From: an uncultured Clostridia bacterium
Lineage (GTDB): Bacteria; Bacillota; Clostridia; Christensenellales; UBA1242
Direction: 5' to 3'
Length of the DNA: 64,000 nucleotides
Assembly: GCA_934756675.1 (NCBI GenBank)
Contig: CAKVLG010000002.1
Coordinates: 339 to 64,338 of the forward strand
Shown: positions 9,615-18,225 of the stretch, in pieces
Numbering within the stretch: the first letter of the stretch is position 1
How the letters are laid out: each line of letters opens with the position of its first letter
The notes under the pieces: model-generated
What the model saw: only the letters and a program-made list of their open reading frames with translations
Told to the model about the DNA's origin: nothing
Databases searched by the model: none
Made by a program: the position numbers and the translations under genes

Positions 9615-12191
9615 ATGAGTGATAATGATGAAATTCTTGGCAGCGGCAACGAAAATTTTGATTTAGGTGCACTTGATACCGAAATCGAAAACCAAGTTCA
9701 AGGTGCAACTGAACAAGAAAAGAAAGAGAATAAAAAGAAACTAAAAGAACAAATCTTAGTTTCGGCAGGTCTTGGTAAAAATGTTTTAGAAAAAAACATT
9801 GATGTTGTTATGCACGAAAGCATGATGCCTTACTCTGAACATGTTATTATGGATAGAGCTCTGCCACGTGTTGAAGATGGTTTAAAACCTTGTCAAAGAC
9901 GTATTTTGTATTCTATGTATGAACTTGGCTTGTCACCAGATAAACCATTTAGAAAATGTGCGAAAATTGTCGGTGATGTTCTTGGACGTTACCACCCACA
10001 TGGTGACTCTTCGGTTTATGGGGCACTTGTGCGTATGGCTCAAGACTTTAACATGAAAGAGTGCTTGGTTGACGGCCATGGTAACTTTGGTTCGATAGAT
10101 GGTGATGGGGCTGCGGCGTATAGATATACCGAAGCGCGACTTTCACCAATAGCACTCGAATTGTTGCGTGATATTGATAAAGATACAGTTCGTTGGCAAC
10201 TTAACTTTGATGATACACTTGAAGAACCAGTTACTTTGCCTTGCAGATTTCCAAACTTGCTTGTAAATGGCGCAAACGGTATTGCAGTTGGCTTGGCAAC
10301 AAACATTCCAACACATAACCTAAACGAAGCAATTAGTGCATGTATTGCACTTATTGATAACCCAGACTTAAGTTTGGAAGAATTGATGAAACACATCAAA
10401 GGTCCAGATTTTCCAACAGGTGGCTACATTATTGCTGGGGAAGAGTTGAAACAAGCGTACAAAACTGGTAAAGGTAAGATTATTTTGCGTGCGCGTATGC
10501 ATGTCGAAGGTAAAGGTGAAGACAAGCAAAACATTGTTATAGACGAAATTCCATATCAAGTTAACAAGGCTGCACTTTTGCAAAAAATTGCTGACTTGCG
10601 TGATTCTAAAAAGGATATACTTGGCGGAATTTATGAAGTTTGCGACGAGTCTGACCGTAATGGTATGCGTGCCGTTATTCGTATTAAAAAAGATGCTGAT
10701 GCAAATAGTATTATCAATTATTTATTGAAGTACACAGACCTTCAAACTTCATTTGGTATTAATATGGTTGTTATTGCAGATGGTAAGCCTCAACAACTTG
10801 GGTTAAAAGAAATTTTAACATATTATGTTAACTATCAACGCGATGTTGTTTATAGAAGAACTAAGTTCGATTTAGATCAGGCAAAAGAACGTCAACATAT
10901 TTTGCAAGGCTTAGTTATAGCTGTTAGAAATATTGATGAAGTTGTTGCAATTATCAAAAAATCTAATTCGTCAAGCGAAGCAAAAGTAAGACTTCGTGAA
11001 CGCTTTGATTTGTCGGATAGGCAAGCTCAAGCAATTCTTGATATGCGTCTTGCTAGACTCACAAGTCTTGAAATTATTAAGCTCGAAACAGAACTTTTGG
11101 AAATTGAAGAATTAATCCGCAAGCTTTCGGTTATCGTGGCTTCAAAAAAGGCACAGTTTGACGTTGTTAAAGATGAGCTTTTGGATATTCGCAAAAAATA
11201 TAAAGAAGCAAGAAAGTCAGAAATTATTGCTTCTGTCGATGAATATTCTGTTACAAGTAGCAACACAACAAGACCAACAGAAAACATTGTTGTTACACTT
11301 GCAGAAAATGGCAACGTTAAAAGTATGACAGCTCGCCATGTTGCTGGTACAAGCCGCGCATGGGCAGATAGGTCTGGTGTTCATGAAGCATACACAGACA
11401 TGTTACAAACAACCACTGCTGCAAACTTGTTATTTATAACAAACCTTGGCAATGTCCACAAAATGGAAGCGGCACTTATTCCAGATTGCAAGTGGCATGA
11501 TAAGGGAATTCCTTTTGAAAAGATTGTTCCAACAATTGCAAAAGGTGAAAAACCAGTCAAGGTTCTTGAACTTCCAGAAGATACAGCTGGAAAACCAGAC
11601 TTATTGTTCTTCACTCGCGATGGTATGATAAAGAAATCTGCCATGAGCGAATATTCTGTTAACAAAACCACATTTGTTGGCGTTAAACTTAAAGAAGGTG
11701 ATGAACTTATTAATGTTGAGCTCGACAAACCAGATACAACACTTTTGTTTATAAGTGAACAAGGCATGGCACTCAATTGCGAAAAGACAGATATTCCACT
11801 TCAAGGTAGAGTTTCTGGTGGCGTTAAAGGTATGATGCTTGGCGATATGGACAAAGTTGTGTTTGTATCGCAAATCGAAAAGAATAGCAATGTTATTCTT
11901 GCTAGCAACACGGCTTATGCTAAATGTGTTATGACTGGCGAAATTGATGTTTTGGCAAGATATAGAAAAGGTGTTAAAATATTTGACTTAAAGGGTGAAA
12001 AGTCTAGCGGTACAAAGGTTGTTGGTGCTGGCTTAAAACTTAATGAAAACACAGATGTTGTGTTTATTATGGAAACGGGCGAAACGGCTTGTTTGCAAGC
12101 AAAAGCAATTTCAGAAGATACACGAACAAGCAAAGGGTCGAAAGTAAGCGTAGAAGATAAGCAAGTATCGAAAATTGTTGTTCGCAACTAA
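9615..12191 (+). CDS. parC: Type IIA topoisomerase subunit A (GyrA/ParC family, probably topoisomerase IV ParC) with an acidic N-terminal extension
   Basis: [24 protein letters not shown] and [11 protein letters not shown] (catalytic Tyr) motifs. The C-terminal beta-pinwheel has no QRRGGKG GyrA box and carries [10 protein letters not shown], which resembles the ParC RWKD motif. SD GGAGAG. Confidence 0.6.
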   Translation: MSDNDEILGSGNENFDLGALDTEIENQVQGATEQEKKENKKKLKEQILVSAGLGKNVLEKNIDVVMHESMMPYSEHVIMDRALPRVEDGLKPCQRRILYSMYELGLSPDKPFRKCAKIVGDVLGRYHPHGDSSVYGALVRMAQDFNMKECLVDGHGNFGSIDGDGAAAYRYTEARLSPIALELLRDIDKDTVRWQLNFDDTLEEPVTLPCRFPNLLVNGANGIAVGLATNIPTHNLNEAISACIALIDNPDLSLEELMKHIKGPDFPTGGYIIAGEELKQAYKTGKGKIILRARMHVEGKGEDKQNIVIDEIPYQVNKAALLQKIADLRDSKKDILGGIYEVCDESDRNGMRAVIRIKKDADANSIINYLLKYTDLQTSFGINMVVIADGKPQQLGLKEILTYYVNYQRDVVYRRTKFDLDQAKERQHILQGLVIAVRNIDEVVAIIKKSNSSSEAKVRLRERFDLSDRQAQAILDMRLARLTSLEIIKLETELLEIEELIRKLSVIVASKKAQFDVVKDELLDIRKKYKEARKSEIIASVDEYSVTSSNTTRPTENIVVTLAENGNVKSMTARHVAGTSRAWADRSGVHEAYTDMLQTTTAANLLFITNLGNVHKMEAALIPDCKWHDKGIPFEKIVPTIAKGEKPVKVLELPEDTAGKPDLLFFTRDGMIKKSAMSEYSVNKTTFVGVKLKEGDELINVELDKPDTTLLFISEQGMALNCEKTDIPLQGRVSGGVKGMMLGDMDKVVFVSQIEKNSNVILASNTAYAKCVMTGEIDVLARYRKGVKIFDLKGEKSSGTKVVGAGLKLNENTDVVFIMETGETACLQAKAISEDTRTSKGSKVSVEDKQVSKIVVRN

Positions 12192-12202
12192 TAAAAAAAT
12201 AA

Positions 12203-12226
12203 AGCGGGTAAACCCCGCTTTTTTAT
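12203..12226 (+). terminator. Rho-independent terminator
   Basis: GCGGG / CCCGC stem followed by TTTTTT. Confidence 0.7.
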
Positions 12227-12275
12227 TTGCTTTTAGTCTTTTATGTTGTTATAATATTTTTATATAAGTAGGAGA

Positions 12276-14192
12276 ATGTCTTTCTTTATGTCTGAATATG
12301 AAGATCCAAATGTAAACAATGAAGGTTCAAATAAAGAAAAGAAACCACAGGTTTCTTCGATTTCCGCTGAAGAATTGGCAGCCGCAATGGGCGTTGATGT
12401 TGAAGATTATAAGTCTGGAAAAACTAATACTCAAAAAATCGAAATTCAACCAATAAAAAGCCAAGAAAAGTCAGTTAGTGAAAAAAACAGAAATAAAGAA
12501 ACTGTTGAGATAGCAGACGAAATAGAAAAAATCATTAAACAAACTGAAAGCTCAGCTGACGCAGAAAAACAAAACAATACTAAAGAAGATCAAACCGAAG
12601 ATGACAAAGAGCTTGAAGACGTTGATTTTGACAATTATTTTAAAAAAATATTAAGAGAAGCGGAACAAGAATCTAACAATGAACAGAGTTCAGCAGCAGA
12701 AGATGGCAGCAGCAATGCTACACAAACTGTAACAAATAATGAACAAACTAATAATGATGTTTCTGGCGAAGACTCTGAAACACCAGTAACAATAGGTGAG
12801 ATTGAAATTAACCCGCAAAGTGAAGAAAAAAATGAGCCACAAATTGAAATTGCAGAAGATCAAAACAACCACCAGGGTGCAAGTGTAGAAACTGAAAGTA
12901 TTTCGCAAGGTGAAACATCTCAAGGTAATAAGTCGGAAGATTTAGTTGCTGGTCAAACTCATGATGATTTGGTTGCGAAAGAAATGCTAGCTGAAGAGCA
13001 AACAGTAACAGAAAATGTGCAGAGTAAGAATGATGAAAATAGTCATGTTAGTGCAATTTCTGCTGAAGAGCTTGCAGCTACAAAAGCTGCTTTAGATAAC
13101 GTTAAAGTTTCGGGTGAACAATATAGTAATGTTACGCCTATTACAGAACAAGAGATTAAAAGTGCAAAAAACACAGAAACTGCTAACAATGATGAAGAAG
13201 ATTATTTATCTGGCGAGAATGGAACGCTAGATGTTCCAGAAGATATGCTCAGCTCAAAGCAAGACAAAGAAGATGAAGAAAAACGTCGCCGAGACGAAGA
13301 AATGCTTTCGAAACTTGATGATGAGACAAGGCGTGAATACGAAGAACTTGCTAAAAAGTATTCGTACAATCCAATTGACGAAAACGATTCAACAGAATTA
13401 AAAACAGAAAATGTTGGTGGATATGATAAAGAATTCGATTTTTCTAAACGTACAGACATTAAAAAAGTATCGTTAAAAGGTAGTAAAAAGCCGCTCATTA
13501 TAACATTAATTGCACTTGCGATTGTTATTGCTTTTGTTTCACCGCTTGTTATTTTATATTTTATGACAAGACAACCTGTTGTCGTTTTAAACTCACTTAC
13601 CATTAGCGAAGATGTTGTTTGGCAATATGGTGGTGATAAACTAGATTTGACGAATGTGTCTTTGCTTGCTTCATATTCAGATGGAACGCAAAAATATATC
13701 TATTGTTCATATGAAAATATCTCTGAAATGTCAGCAAACATTACAGATGAATATATTTTGCCAAACATTGATGGTAGCGTTGTTGTATATTTTGCGCATG
13801 ATGGCAAAAGTGAAAAATTAACAATCAATATAATTAAACTCAATGCTGGCGATATTTCGGGGCATGTGTTTGGAAACAAACAACTAAAAACAAATGAATT
13901 GTTTGATATATCTAATATTTTGTTGTTAAGGGAATATTCGGCTAGTAGTGTTCAAGAGAATTTACCAGGAAGCTTTACAAAAACATTCTCAGCTAGCGAC
14001 TATGAATTGGTAGATTTTGTTATTAGTGATGGCACGTATTCAGAAACGCAAACATATAGCCAAATAAAAACAAGTGGCGGGTTTGTGTTTGACGCTGCTG
14101 GAACATATACTATTACCATTACATATGGTGTTGGAACAAGTAAAATAACAATTACAAGTTTTGAACTTGTTGTAACGGAAGTAACAGAATAA
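12276..14192 (+). CDS. Acidic low-complexity membrane protein with a C-terminal Big_3-like ectodomain (hypothetical)
   Basis: About 400 aa rich in E/D/Q/N/S, one TM helix (LIITLIALAIVIAFVSPLVILYF), then beta-rich domains with the pattern Y-GGD-LDL...YSDGT. The start is uncertain between 12276 and 12288. Confidence 0.7.
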   Translation: MSFFMSEYEDPNVNNEGSNKEKKPQVSSISAEELAAAMGVDVEDYKSGKTNTQKIEIQPIKSQEKSVSEKNRNKETVEIADEIEKIIKQTESSADAEKQNNTKEDQTEDDKELEDVDFDNYFKKILREAEQESNNEQSSAAEDGSSNATQTVTNNEQTNNDVSGEDSETPVTIGEIEINPQSEEKNEPQIEIAEDQNNHQGASVETESISQGETSQGNKSEDLVAGQTHDDLVAKEMLAEEQTVTENVQSKNDENSHVSAISAEELAATKAALDNVKVSGEQYSNVTPITEQEIKSAKNTETANNDEEDYLSGENGTLDVPEDMLSSKQDKEDEEKRRRDEEMLSKLDDETRREYEELAKKYSYNPIDENDSTELKTENVGGYDKEFDFSKRTDIKKVSLKGSKKPLIITLIALAIVIAFVSPLVILYFMTRQPVVVLNSLTISEDVVWQYGGDKLDLTNVSLLASYSDGTQKYIYCSYENISEMSANITDEYILPNIDGSVVVYFAHDGKSEKLTINIIKLNAGDISGHVFGNKQLKTNELFDISNILLLREYSASSVQENLPGSFTKTFSASDYELVDFVISDGTYSETQTYSQIKTSGGFVFDAAGTYTITITYGVGTSKITITSFELVVTEVTE

Positions 14193-14196
14193 AAAG

Positions 14197-14222
14197 TACC
14201 CCCTAAATGGGGTATTTTTTTT
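14197..14222 (+). terminator. Rho-independent terminator
   Basis: TACCCC / GGGGTA stem followed by a T-run. Confidence 0.7.
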
Positions 14223-14353
14223 ATGCACTAAAATGAATAAAACAAAAACCACACTCATAATATATAAAAGGGTTCGACATTTCTCGGAATATATAATACA
14301 ATGAGATTTGCTACAAAATAACCTTAAGTGTATAATAAAGGAGTGGTTACGAG

Positions 14354-15136
14354 ATGAAAATAGTAGCTTTTAAGCTAAAAACAATAAGAATTGCTATCAC
14401 ATTATCGTTAGTGGTTCTGCTTCTCTCGATTTTTACATTAAGCATAAACGCTGAAACTATTTACTTTGGTTACAGTGACAGAAAAGTACCTATCTACAGT
14501 GTTGATACAGGTGATGAAAAACTAGTTGCATTATCCTTTGACGCCGCATGGGGTGCAGACAAAACAAGTGATATCATAAAAATACTAAAAGACAACGATG
14601 TAGGTGGAACGTTTTTCCTTGTTGGTTTTTGGAGCGAAAAATACCAAGACAAAATTAAGGAAATTTCTGATGCTGGGCTTGACATTGGCACGCATTCGAA
14701 TACTCACCCAAAAATGAGTACGCTTTCGGAATCTCAAATTATTTCAGAATTATCAGTTTCTTGTGATTTAATTAAGAACGTAACTGGAAAACCAGTTAGA
14801 TTTTTCAGACCGCCTTATGGGGATTATAATAATCTTTTGCTTCAGTCAGCGTCTGGGCTTGGACTTCAAACAATTCAATGGAGTGTAGACTCGCTCGATT
14901 GGAAAGGTTTGTCAAGCGCACAAATTTTGGCTAGAGTAAAAGCTGGTATACATCCGGGAGCTATTGTGCTTTTCCACAATAACGCCGACCATATTGTCGA
15001 AGCTTTGCCGCAAATTATTGCGTTCTTAAAACAAGAAGGTTATAAATGTGTTAAAATGAGTGATTTAGTTATGCAAAGTGATTACACGATAGATGTTAAC
15101 GGAAAACAAATAAGTACTAAGGGAAATAAAAATTAA
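14354..15136 (+). CDS. Polysaccharide (peptidoglycan) deacetylase, NodB-homology domain
   Basis: LSFDAAWG, GTFFLVG, GTHSNTHP, RPPYG and VLFHN motifs. N-terminal signal or anchor helix. Confidence 0.82.
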   Translation: MKIVAFKLKTIRIAITLSLVVLLLSIFTLSINAETIYFGYSDRKVPIYSVDTGDEKLVALSFDAAWGADKTSDIIKILKDNDVGGTFFLVGFWSEKYQDKIKEISDAGLDIGTHSNTHPKMSTLSESQIISELSVSCDLIKNVTGKPVRFFRPPYGDYNNLLLQSASGLGLQTIQWSVDSLDWKGLSSAQILARVKAGIHPGAIVLFHNNADHIVEALPQIIAFLKQEGYKCVKMSDLVMQSDYTIDVNGKQISTKGNKN

Positions 15137-15160
15137 TTTATATTAACTTGGAGAAATATC

Positions 15161-15853
15161 ATGAGCAACTTCTCAGATAAAAATAACATGGTTATTCTCA
15201 AAGGAAAAATCGTGAATGATCCAGTTTTCTCTCATTCATGCATGGGTGAAAATTTTCAGGAGGTTATTCTTGAAATAGAAAGATTGTCTGGTGAATGTGA
15301 CTATATACCACTCACAATTTCCAGCCGTCTTAACGAAAAAATTACTAAAGGTAAGACTATTGGTGTTTTTGGAAATTTTAGAAGTTATAATAAAATCGAA
15401 AACGGTAAAAGTAAACTTGTTTTAACTGTTTTTGTACGTGAATTTATCAACCCTGACGAGATTGAAAATTCTAATCAAATATCAGTTACGGGGTACATTT
15501 GCAAAACGCCAATTTATCGTACTACGCCTTTTGGTAGGGAAATTTGCGATTTGATAATTGCTGTCAATCGCGGTTACAATAAAAGTGATTACTTGCCTGC
15601 TATTGCGTGGGGAAGAAATGCTAAATTTGTATCAAACAGCGTTGTTGGTGACAAAGTTGAGCTTTGCGGCAGAATTCAAAGTAGAAATTATCAAAAGAAA
15701 CTTGAAGATGGTACTGTTGAAAATAGAACGGCTTATGAAGTGTCTATCACAACTTTATCACTTGCAGAAAACAACCAAGTGTATGAATGTAAATCTCATC
15801 AATTCACGCAAGATGAATATAATCCGGGAGAAGTATGCTTCGTAACTTGTTAA
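15161..15853 (+). CDS. SSB-family protein with two tandem OB folds and no acidic C-terminal tip
   Basis: Two SSB-like units: VILKGKIVNDP...GKTIGVFGNFRSY, and ISVTGYICKTP...AVNR...AWGRNA...GDKVELCGRIQSRNY...RTAYEV. Confidence 0.65.
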   Translation: MSNFSDKNNMVILKGKIVNDPVFSHSCMGENFQEVILEIERLSGECDYIPLTISSRLNEKITKGKTIGVFGNFRSYNKIENGKSKLVLTVFVREFINPDEIENSNQISVTGYICKTPIYRTTPFGREICDLIIAVNRGYNKSDYLPAIAWGRNAKFVSNSVVGDKVELCGRIQSRNYQKKLEDGTVENRTAYEVSITTLSLAENNQVYECKSHQFTQDEYNPGEVCFVTC

Positions 15854-15870
15854 TAATAAATCTTGGTGCT

Positions 15871-15902
15871 AAAAAACAACAGTGAAAACTGTTGTTTTTT
15901 TC
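15871..15902 (+). terminator. Rho-independent terminator
   Basis: AACAACAG / CTGTTGTT stem followed by a T-run. Confidence 0.75.
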
Positions 15903-15908
15903 TTTTAA

Positions 15909-15937
15909 TTGACAAACAATTTTGTGTGTGCTAGACT
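15909..15937 (+). promoter_or_regulatory. Putative sigma-A promoter for gltX
   Basis: TTGACA, 17-nt spacer, TGC-TAGACT (extended -10). Confidence 0.5.
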
Positions 15938-15956
15938 TAGCAAAAGAGGTAGTAAA

Positions 15957-17414
15957 ATGGATAAAAATGTAAGAACTAGATTTGCTCCAAGTCCAACAGG
16001 ATTTATGCATGTTGGCAATTTGCGTACAGCACTTTACGCTTATTTATATGCAAAGCACGAAGGTGGCAAATTTATTTTAAGAATAGAAGATACAGACCAA
16101 AAACGCTATGTAGAAGGCGCAACCGATGTTATTTATAACACGCTTAAAACAACAGGCATGAACTGGGACGAAGGTCCAGATATTGGCGGAAATTATGGTT
16201 CGTATGTCCAAAGTGAAAGAAAAGATTTATATAAAAAATATGCCGAAGAACTTGTTAAAACGGGTCATGCATATTATTGTTTTTGTGCTGGAACGCATGA
16301 AGAACACGAAAGTGAGTCTGATGAAGAACATACAACTTATGGATACAATAGAAAATGTCGCAACTTATCGCCAGAAGAAGTTAAAGCAAAACTGAAAAGT
16401 GGTGAAAGTTATGTTATTAGGCAAAAAATTCCACTAGAAGGCACAACAACTTTCCACGATGAAGTGTATGGTGATATAACAGTGAATAATGACACACTGG
16501 ACGACCAAATCTTGTTAAAGAGTGACGGACTTCCAACATATAACTTTGCTAACGTTGTTGATGACCACTTGATGAAAATTTCACACGTTATGCGTGGTAG
16601 AGAATATATTTCATCAACTCCAAAATATCAATTGTTATATGAGGCATTTGGTTGGACTCCACCAAAGACTGTTCACTTGTCTTTGATCATGGGGCAAAAT
16701 CCAGACGGAACAATCTCTAAACTTTCAAAAAGACATGGATCAACAACCTTCGATAAGTTAATGGCTGATGGATATTTGCAAGAAGCTGTCATTAATTATA
16801 TAGCTCTTCTTGGTTGGAGTCCAAAAGATGACAGGGAATTCTTTACGCTAGAAGAAATGGCAGAAGTCTTTTCAATTGATGGTATCGTAAAAAGTAATGC
16901 CGTGTTTGACTATAACAAGCTTGCTTGGATGAATAGTGAATATATAAAGAAAATGCCATTTGATAAATTCGTGGCATATGCAAAAGACTTTATTGATAAT
17001 TCAAATAAATATGTTGCTGGTCACAAAGAGCTTGCTTGCAGTTTAGCACAATCTCGTATCAATAAATTCTCAGATATCAATGATTTGTTTAAATTCTTGG
17101 AAGAATATAACGATTTTAATTTGGAAATGCTTTGCAACAAAAAAAATAAAGTTACAATAGAAGGAGCAAAACTTGCACTTATTGATTTGATTCCAGAACT
17201 CGAAAATTTACAAACTTGGAACTGTGAAGAAATTAATAACTTACTTATGAATTATGCAACAGAAAAACAAGTTAAAGTTGGCTATCCAATGTGGGTGATA
17301 AGAATAGCTGCAACAGCTAGTACGGTTACTCCTGGCGGTGCAGGTGAGATGCTTGAACTACTCGGTAAAGATGAAACAATCAAGAGATTAAAAGCAACTT
17401 TAAATAGATTATAA
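15957..17414 (+). CDS. gltX: Glutamate--tRNA ligase
   Basis: RFAPSPTGFMHVGNLRTALY (HIGH region) and KLSKRHG (KMSKS). Start set to the ATG at 15957 (SD AAGAGG), because the track ORF start at 15909 lies in the promoter. Confidence 0.88.
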   Translation: MDKNVRTRFAPSPTGFMHVGNLRTALYAYLYAKHEGGKFILRIEDTDQKRYVEGATDVIYNTLKTTGMNWDEGPDIGGNYGSYVQSERKDLYKKYAEELVKTGHAYYCFCAGTHEEHESESDEEHTTYGYNRKCRNLSPEEVKAKLKSGESYVIRQKIPLEGTTTFHDEVYGDITVNNDTLDDQILLKSDGLPTYNFANVVDDHLMKISHVMRGREYISSTPKYQLLYEAFGWTPPKTVHLSLIMGQNPDGTISKLSKRHGSTTFDKLMADGYLQEAVINYIALLGWSPKDDREFFTLEEMAEVFSIDGIVKSNAVFDYNKLAWMNSEYIKKMPFDKFVAYAKDFIDNSNKYVAGHKELACSLAQSRINKFSDINDLFKFLEEYNDFNLEMLCNKKNKVTIEGAKLALIDLIPELENLQTWNCEEINNLLMNYATEKQVKVGYPMWVIRIAATASTVTPGGAGEMLELLGKDETIKRLKATLNRL

Positions 17415-17440
17415 AATATTATTAATTGCAAAAATAAACT

Positions 17441-17469
17441 AAAAAACCACCAATTTTGGTGGTTTTTTC
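17441..17469. terminator. Bidirectional terminator
   Basis: ACCACCAA / TTGGTGGT stem flanked by A- and T-runs, between convergent genes. Confidence 0.7.
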
Positions 17470-17506
17470 ATGTTTATAATCAAAATTTTGCGGTTTTTAT
17501 AAAAAT

Positions 17507-18001
17507 TTACAATTGTATAATTTGAAGTCCTTTTTTCTTTGCTATGTTAACAGTGTTGGCTGTTCCGCCAACATGTGAAAGCAAATAACATACCAAAACA
17601 GAAGAGTTCTCGACCATATATTTGTTGCGAATAATGGTGCAACCGTTAAAATATTCACCATTGCTGGCGATATAAATATCGTCACAATTTTTAAGAATTT
17701 TGCTATACAATTCCTTATTCTTTTCGGTATAATACATAGATTGCTTTTTGTAAGGCAAGCATGCGATGATTTTTATATTATATCCTTGATTTTTTAGGTT
17801 GTTTAGAATTTCTGCTGCATATAAATCAAAGCCTTCTGCCATACCATTATAAAATGTATTATAGCCATTATTAATTAAACTTAGAATTGTTGTTTTTAGT
17901 TTTTCTTTTAACTCTTTGCATTGTTTGTGGTTTTCATTATAGCCCCAAATTAATGATTTTGGTCGGTGTCCAGAAAAACATACACTTTTAAATTTATCCA
18001 A
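17507..18001 (-). CDS. SLOG-fold protein, YpsA/DUF1273 family
   Basis: N-terminal CFSGHRP signature, then GYNTFYNGMAEGFDL. TTG start with SD GGAG 6 nt upstream. Confidence 0.7.
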   Translation of the reverse strand: MDKFKSVCFSGHRPKSLIWGYNENHKQCKELKEKLKTTILSLINNGYNTFYNGMAEGFDLYAAEILNNLKNQGYNIKIIACLPYKKQSMYYTEKNKELYSKILKNCDDIYIASNGEYFNGCTIIRNKYMVENSSVLVCYLLSHVGGTANTVNIAKKKGLQIIQL

Positions 18002-18225
18002 ATTTTACTCCATTTTTATATAATTTTACATTAAAATTGCGTTTGTTTTGCGTTTTTTTGTAAAAACTTAAAACGTCTGCACTTGCCATGTATTTACAGA
18101 TATAATAATATCAATTATTGCAGAAAATGGCAAACGATTTTTTGTTTTTACCAAAATTGTAAATGACTTAAATTTGTTTGCTGTAATTTTTTATTTATGA
18201 TAATATATTTTTATAGGGGGATATT

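Noticed and set aside
7623-12191. Default annotation of the topoisomerase pair as DNA gyrase gyrB/gyrA.
   Set aside because: The A subunit has no GyrA box, carries ParC-like residues, and lacks the oriC-proximal gene context. ParE/ParC is therefore preferred, and the uncertainty is stated in the features.
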